Source: a virus
Taxonomy: Duplodnaviria > Heunggongvirae > Uroviricota > Caudoviricetes
Virus record (IMG/VR): IMGVR_UViG_3300029376_000363
Length of the DNA stretch: 13,902 nucleotides
Reading direction: 5' to 3' (one strand)
Below the pieces are notes generated by a model. That model did no database searches and had not been told where the DNA came from. It worked only from the letters and a program-made list of their open reading frames with translations. A program made the translations under genes and the position numbers. Positions 13,321-13,902 of this stretch are shown piece after piece. Every line of letters begins with the position of its first letter. Positions within the stretch are counted from its first letter, which is position 1.

Positions 13321-13902
13321 TTAGTTCGCCCTTCTGAGAGGCGTTACGTTGTGGTCTTTTCCGCTTTCCAGTGCCACCAGCAGATCAGCCCACTGTGCCA
13401 GTGCTGCTTTACGCTCATCAAAATACTGATGGCGGTTATAAATCCCCTCTACGCCCTTAATGCGATGATTGAGGCATCGTTCCGCCACGACAGGATCAAC
13501 ACCCAACGCTGCTAAATGAGTACGTGCGGTGCGTCGGAAGTCGTGAATCGTGAAATTAGGCACATCCGGCATTTCGGCGCGAACCTTAGCCAGTGCTACG
13601 GGCAAAGTGCTTTCCTGAATATGTGGGATCATTCTGTTTTGCATCTTCCTGGCTGGAAGCACCCATGCGCTATTACATGAAAAGGTGTGTAGCTCTCTCA
13701 ACCATTCAACGGCTGGGGAAGGTAGAGGTATATCAATAGGGTCTCCGTTTTTGCTGCGTTCTTCCGGCAAATGCCATACCGCACCATCTAAATCAAACTC
13801 TTCCCATCGTGCGGCGCATAACTCCATCTTACGAACGCATAGTGCCAGCAATAGCTTAAATGTCAGTTCGTTCTGGCGGCTGAATCCTTTTGCGGTGCGC
13901 AT
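13321..13902 (-). CDS. int: Tyrosine recombinase / P4-type integrase, C-terminal catalytic region (partial; N-terminus beyond the window end)
   Basis: HDFRRTARTHLAALGVDPVVAERCLNH...GVEGIYNRHQYFDERK is the conserved C-terminal catalytic region of P4-family integrases, including the tyrosine-bearing segment. Stop TAA at 13321-13323. Confidence 0.9.
   Translation of the reverse strand: MRTAKGFSRQNELTFKLLLALCVRKMELCAARWEEFDLDGAVWHLPEERSKNGDPIDIPLPSPAVEWLRELHTFSCNSAWVLPARKMQNRMIPHIQESTLPVALAKVRAEMPDVPNFTIHDFRRTARTHLAALGVDPVVAERCLNHRIKGVEGIYNRHQYFDERKAALAQWADLLVALESGKDHNVTPLRRAN

Larger units (their letters stand above)
2112..13902. mobile_element. Integrase-bearing satellite- or island-like element (P4-like / PICI-like architecture); extends beyond the right edge, left boundary unresolved
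   Basis: Gene order int, cargo, alpA, antirepressor-like, small genes, primase-helicase, iteron origin matches integrative phage-satellite layouts. No att repeat or tRNA could be identified inside the window. Confidence 0.55.

Noticed and set aside
12380-13902. att site or tRNA adjacent to the integrase
   Set aside because: Nothing tRNA-like in the window; the expected location is beyond the right edge.

Overview
13.9-kb window with two compositionally distinct parts; almost all credible genes lie on the minus strand. All family names are recalled from reading the translations; no database search was possible. LEFT (~1-2100): fragment of a tailed-phage tail module with GC3-rich codons, namely a tail-assembly-chaperone-like gene with a classical -1 slippery heptamer (A_AAA_AAC) and an overlapping -1-frame extension (G/G-T arrangement), plus the first 37 codons of a tape-measure-like gene at the window edge. 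Between them, in opposite orientation and with lower GC, sits a three-gene cassette (DUF3791-like / DUF3990-like / DUF3791-like) with its own promoter and two terminators. This is the most system-like novelty candidate. RIGHT (~2112-13902): an integrase-bearing mobile element with enterobacterial-like codon usage. From the right edge: partial P4-type tyrosine integrase, an AT-rich 281-aa cargo gene of unknown function, an AlpA-like regulator, an antirepressor-like gene broken by a 10-N assembly gap, a chain of small overlapping hypothetical genes, a 919-aa Zn-ribbon/Toprim/P-loop primase-helicase, a candidate origin (iterons flanking an AT-rich core), a terminator, and a downstream operon that includes a Q/A-rich protein and a protein with a glycine-zipper C-terminus. 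No rRNA, tRNA or CRISPR array was seen. The codon-usage break near 2046-2111 suggests a mosaic or chimeric junction.
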